Part shown: positions 24,570 to 25,844 of the stretch, one piece after another
Position numbering within the stretch: the stretch's first letter is position 1
Layout of the letters: each line of letters starts with the position of its first letter
Source of the DNA: Candidatus Hadarchaeales archaeon
Lineage (GTDB): Archaea; Hadarchaeota; Hadarchaeia; Hadarchaeales; Hadarchaeaceae
Length of the DNA: 25,844 nt
Assembly (NCBI GenBank): GCA_038851565.1
Contig: JAWCKV010000009.1
Location: forward strand, 1-25,844
Direction: 5' to 3'
Translations under genes and position numbers: made by a program
The notes under the pieces: generated by a model
Told to the model about the DNA's origin: nothing
Seen by the model: only the letters and a program-made list of their open reading frames with translations
Databases searched by the model: none

Positions 24570-25844
24570 TCATATCACTGTAACCGACTTCGCGAGATGG
24601 CGTGGCTTGTCCGGATCCTGTCCCTTCTCCACGCATATGTAGTAGGCCAGAAGCTGGCAGGGCACTATGTACGTAAGCGGGCTCAACAGCTCGCCTGTTT
24701 TGGGTATCAGAATCATCTCGTCCACATGTTCCCGCAGGTCCTCGTCCCGATCTGCAACCGCTATTATGCTGCCGCCGCGTGCTTTGATCTCCTCTATGTT
24801 GCTGATCATGCGTACTCTCCCCTCCCCGGCGGGCAGGACTGCGATGACCGGTGTATCCCTCTCCATGAGCGCAAGGCTTCCGTGCTTGAGCTCTCCGGCA
24901 GGCATGGCCTCTGAGTGTATGTACGTTATCTCCTTCAGCTTCAGTGCGCCCTCCATCACTATGGGGTATCCTATGCCTCTCCCGATGAGGTATATGTGTC
25001 CAGCGCCGCAATACCTCCTGGAAACCTCCTTCACTCGATTTTTACATGACGCAAGGGTTTTTTCAACGATGAGATGCGCTCCCCTGAGCTCCCTCTCAAG
25101 GGCACCGGCCTCCCTGTTGAGTCCCCTTATCCTTGCAACCTCAGCTGAGAGCCGAAGCAAAAACGCCACCTGCGCGGAAAAGGTCTTGGTAGCGACCACG
25201 CTCACCTCAGGGCCAGCATGTGTGTAACACACGACGTCGCTCTCCCTCGTGATGGAGCTCCCGACAACGTTCGTGAGGCAGGATATCCTGGCCCCGTTTT
25301 CCCTTGCAAACCTCACCGCTCCCAGGGTGTCAGCAGTCTCCCCTGACTGCGTTATGGCGAGTATGAGGTCACCCCTTCTCACCCTGCAGCTCTCACGGAA
25401 CTCTGAGGATATGACCGGCTCCACCGAGACATCTGCCAGGTTTGCCAGGGCGTATTTTCCCACGAGCGCTGCGTGATATGAGGTGCCACAGGCGACAAAA
25501 TAGATCCTTCTTGCCCTCACTATCTCCCTCGCCAGCTTTTCCAAGTTCGTTGCCTCCCTAAGGGTCTCCCTTATCGCCTCCGGCTGCTCGTGTATCTCCT
25601 TCAGCGTGAAGTGCGGGTAACCCCCTTTCTCCGCCATCTCGGCCGTCCACGTCACGCTCATGGGCTTTCTTTCGATCCTCCTTCCGCTCCTCATCTGGAT
25701 GAGGCTCAGCCCATCCGCTGTCAGAACTGCCATCTCCCCATCCTCGAGGGGTATGAACTTCCTCGTGTGCCTCAGGAGGGCAGGAATGTCTGAGGCCAGG
25801 AACATCTCGCCCGCTCCAAGCCCCACCACCAGCGGGCTTTCCTT
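24570..25844 (-). CDS. glmS: Glutamine--fructose-6-phosphate aminotransferase (isomerizing); 5'-truncated by the window edge
   Basis: Frame is open to the edge (KESPLVVGLG); ACGTSYHA, TQSGETADT, EGALKLKEITYIHSE, ELKHG, DPDKPRHLAKSVT. Confidence 0.96.
   Translation of the reverse strand, partial: KESPLVVGLGAGEMFLASDIPALLRHTRKFIPLEDGEMAVLTADGLSLIQMRSGRRIERKPMSVTWTAEMAEKGGYPHFTLKEIHEQPEAIRETLREATNLEKLAREIVRARRIYFVACGTSYHAALVGKYALANLADVSVEPVISSEFRESCRVRRGDLILAITQSGETADTLGAVRFARENGARISCLTNVVGSSITRESDVVCYTHAGPEVSVVATKTFSAQVAFLLRLSAEVARIRGLNREAGALERELRGAHLIVEKTLASCKNRVKEVSRRYCGAGHIYLIGRGIGYPIVMEGALKLKEITYIHSEAMPAGELKHGSLALMERDTPVIAVLPAGEGRVRMISNIEEIKARGGSIIAVADRDEDLREHVDEMILIPKTGELLSPLTYIVPCQLLAYYICVEKGQDPDKPRHLAKSVTVI

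Noticed and set aside
1..25844. CRISPR arrays, IS elements, integrases, tRNA/rRNA genes, recoded Sec/Pyl stops
   Set aside because: None seen; spacers are short and genes end at the expected family C-termini without evident read-through homology

Overview
GC-rich archaeal chromosomal segment (archaeal histone, SepCysS, eL41, GGTGA-type Shine-Dalgarno motifs, BRE/TATA promoters; probably an anaerobic, possibly thermophilic lineage, which I cannot assign more exactly). Left to right: (1) a tightly packed sulfur-assimilation cluster: MJ0100/MA1821-type CBS protein (3' end only), NIL-ferredoxin, UPF0280/MA1715 ApbE-like protein, a GG-terminated SAMP/MoaD, a ThiF/MoeB E1-like enzyme lacking the crossover-loop Cys, and SepCysS; (2) a membrane protein, engB, an MTH1675-like PK_C protein and a second ubiquitin-like protein without C-terminal GG; (3) the acetylated arginine pathway argG-C-J-B-D-F, converging on a second unit of a divergent argG paralog plus argH, with a divergently transcribed winged-HTH regulator; (4) an ECF S-component-like plus DUF4430-like pair with a perfect 8-3-8 palindrome between TATA box and start; (5) rpl41e (missed by the ORF track), a HemK2 methyltransferase, a membrane protein, an M29 aminopeptidase, PAC2, a UPF0282 MBL hydrolase and argS; (6) a histone, a stand-alone single-repeat TBP-like protein, a second M29 peptidase and partial glmS. 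I saw no tRNA, rRNA, CRISPR array or mobile element. The best candidates for new biology are the SAMP/E1 pair embedded in the homocysteine/SepCysS operon, the ArgG paralog with an altered ureido pocket, the half-TBP protein, the transporter operator and probable CUG/AUA starts. All family assignments come from motif recognition by eye, not from searches.
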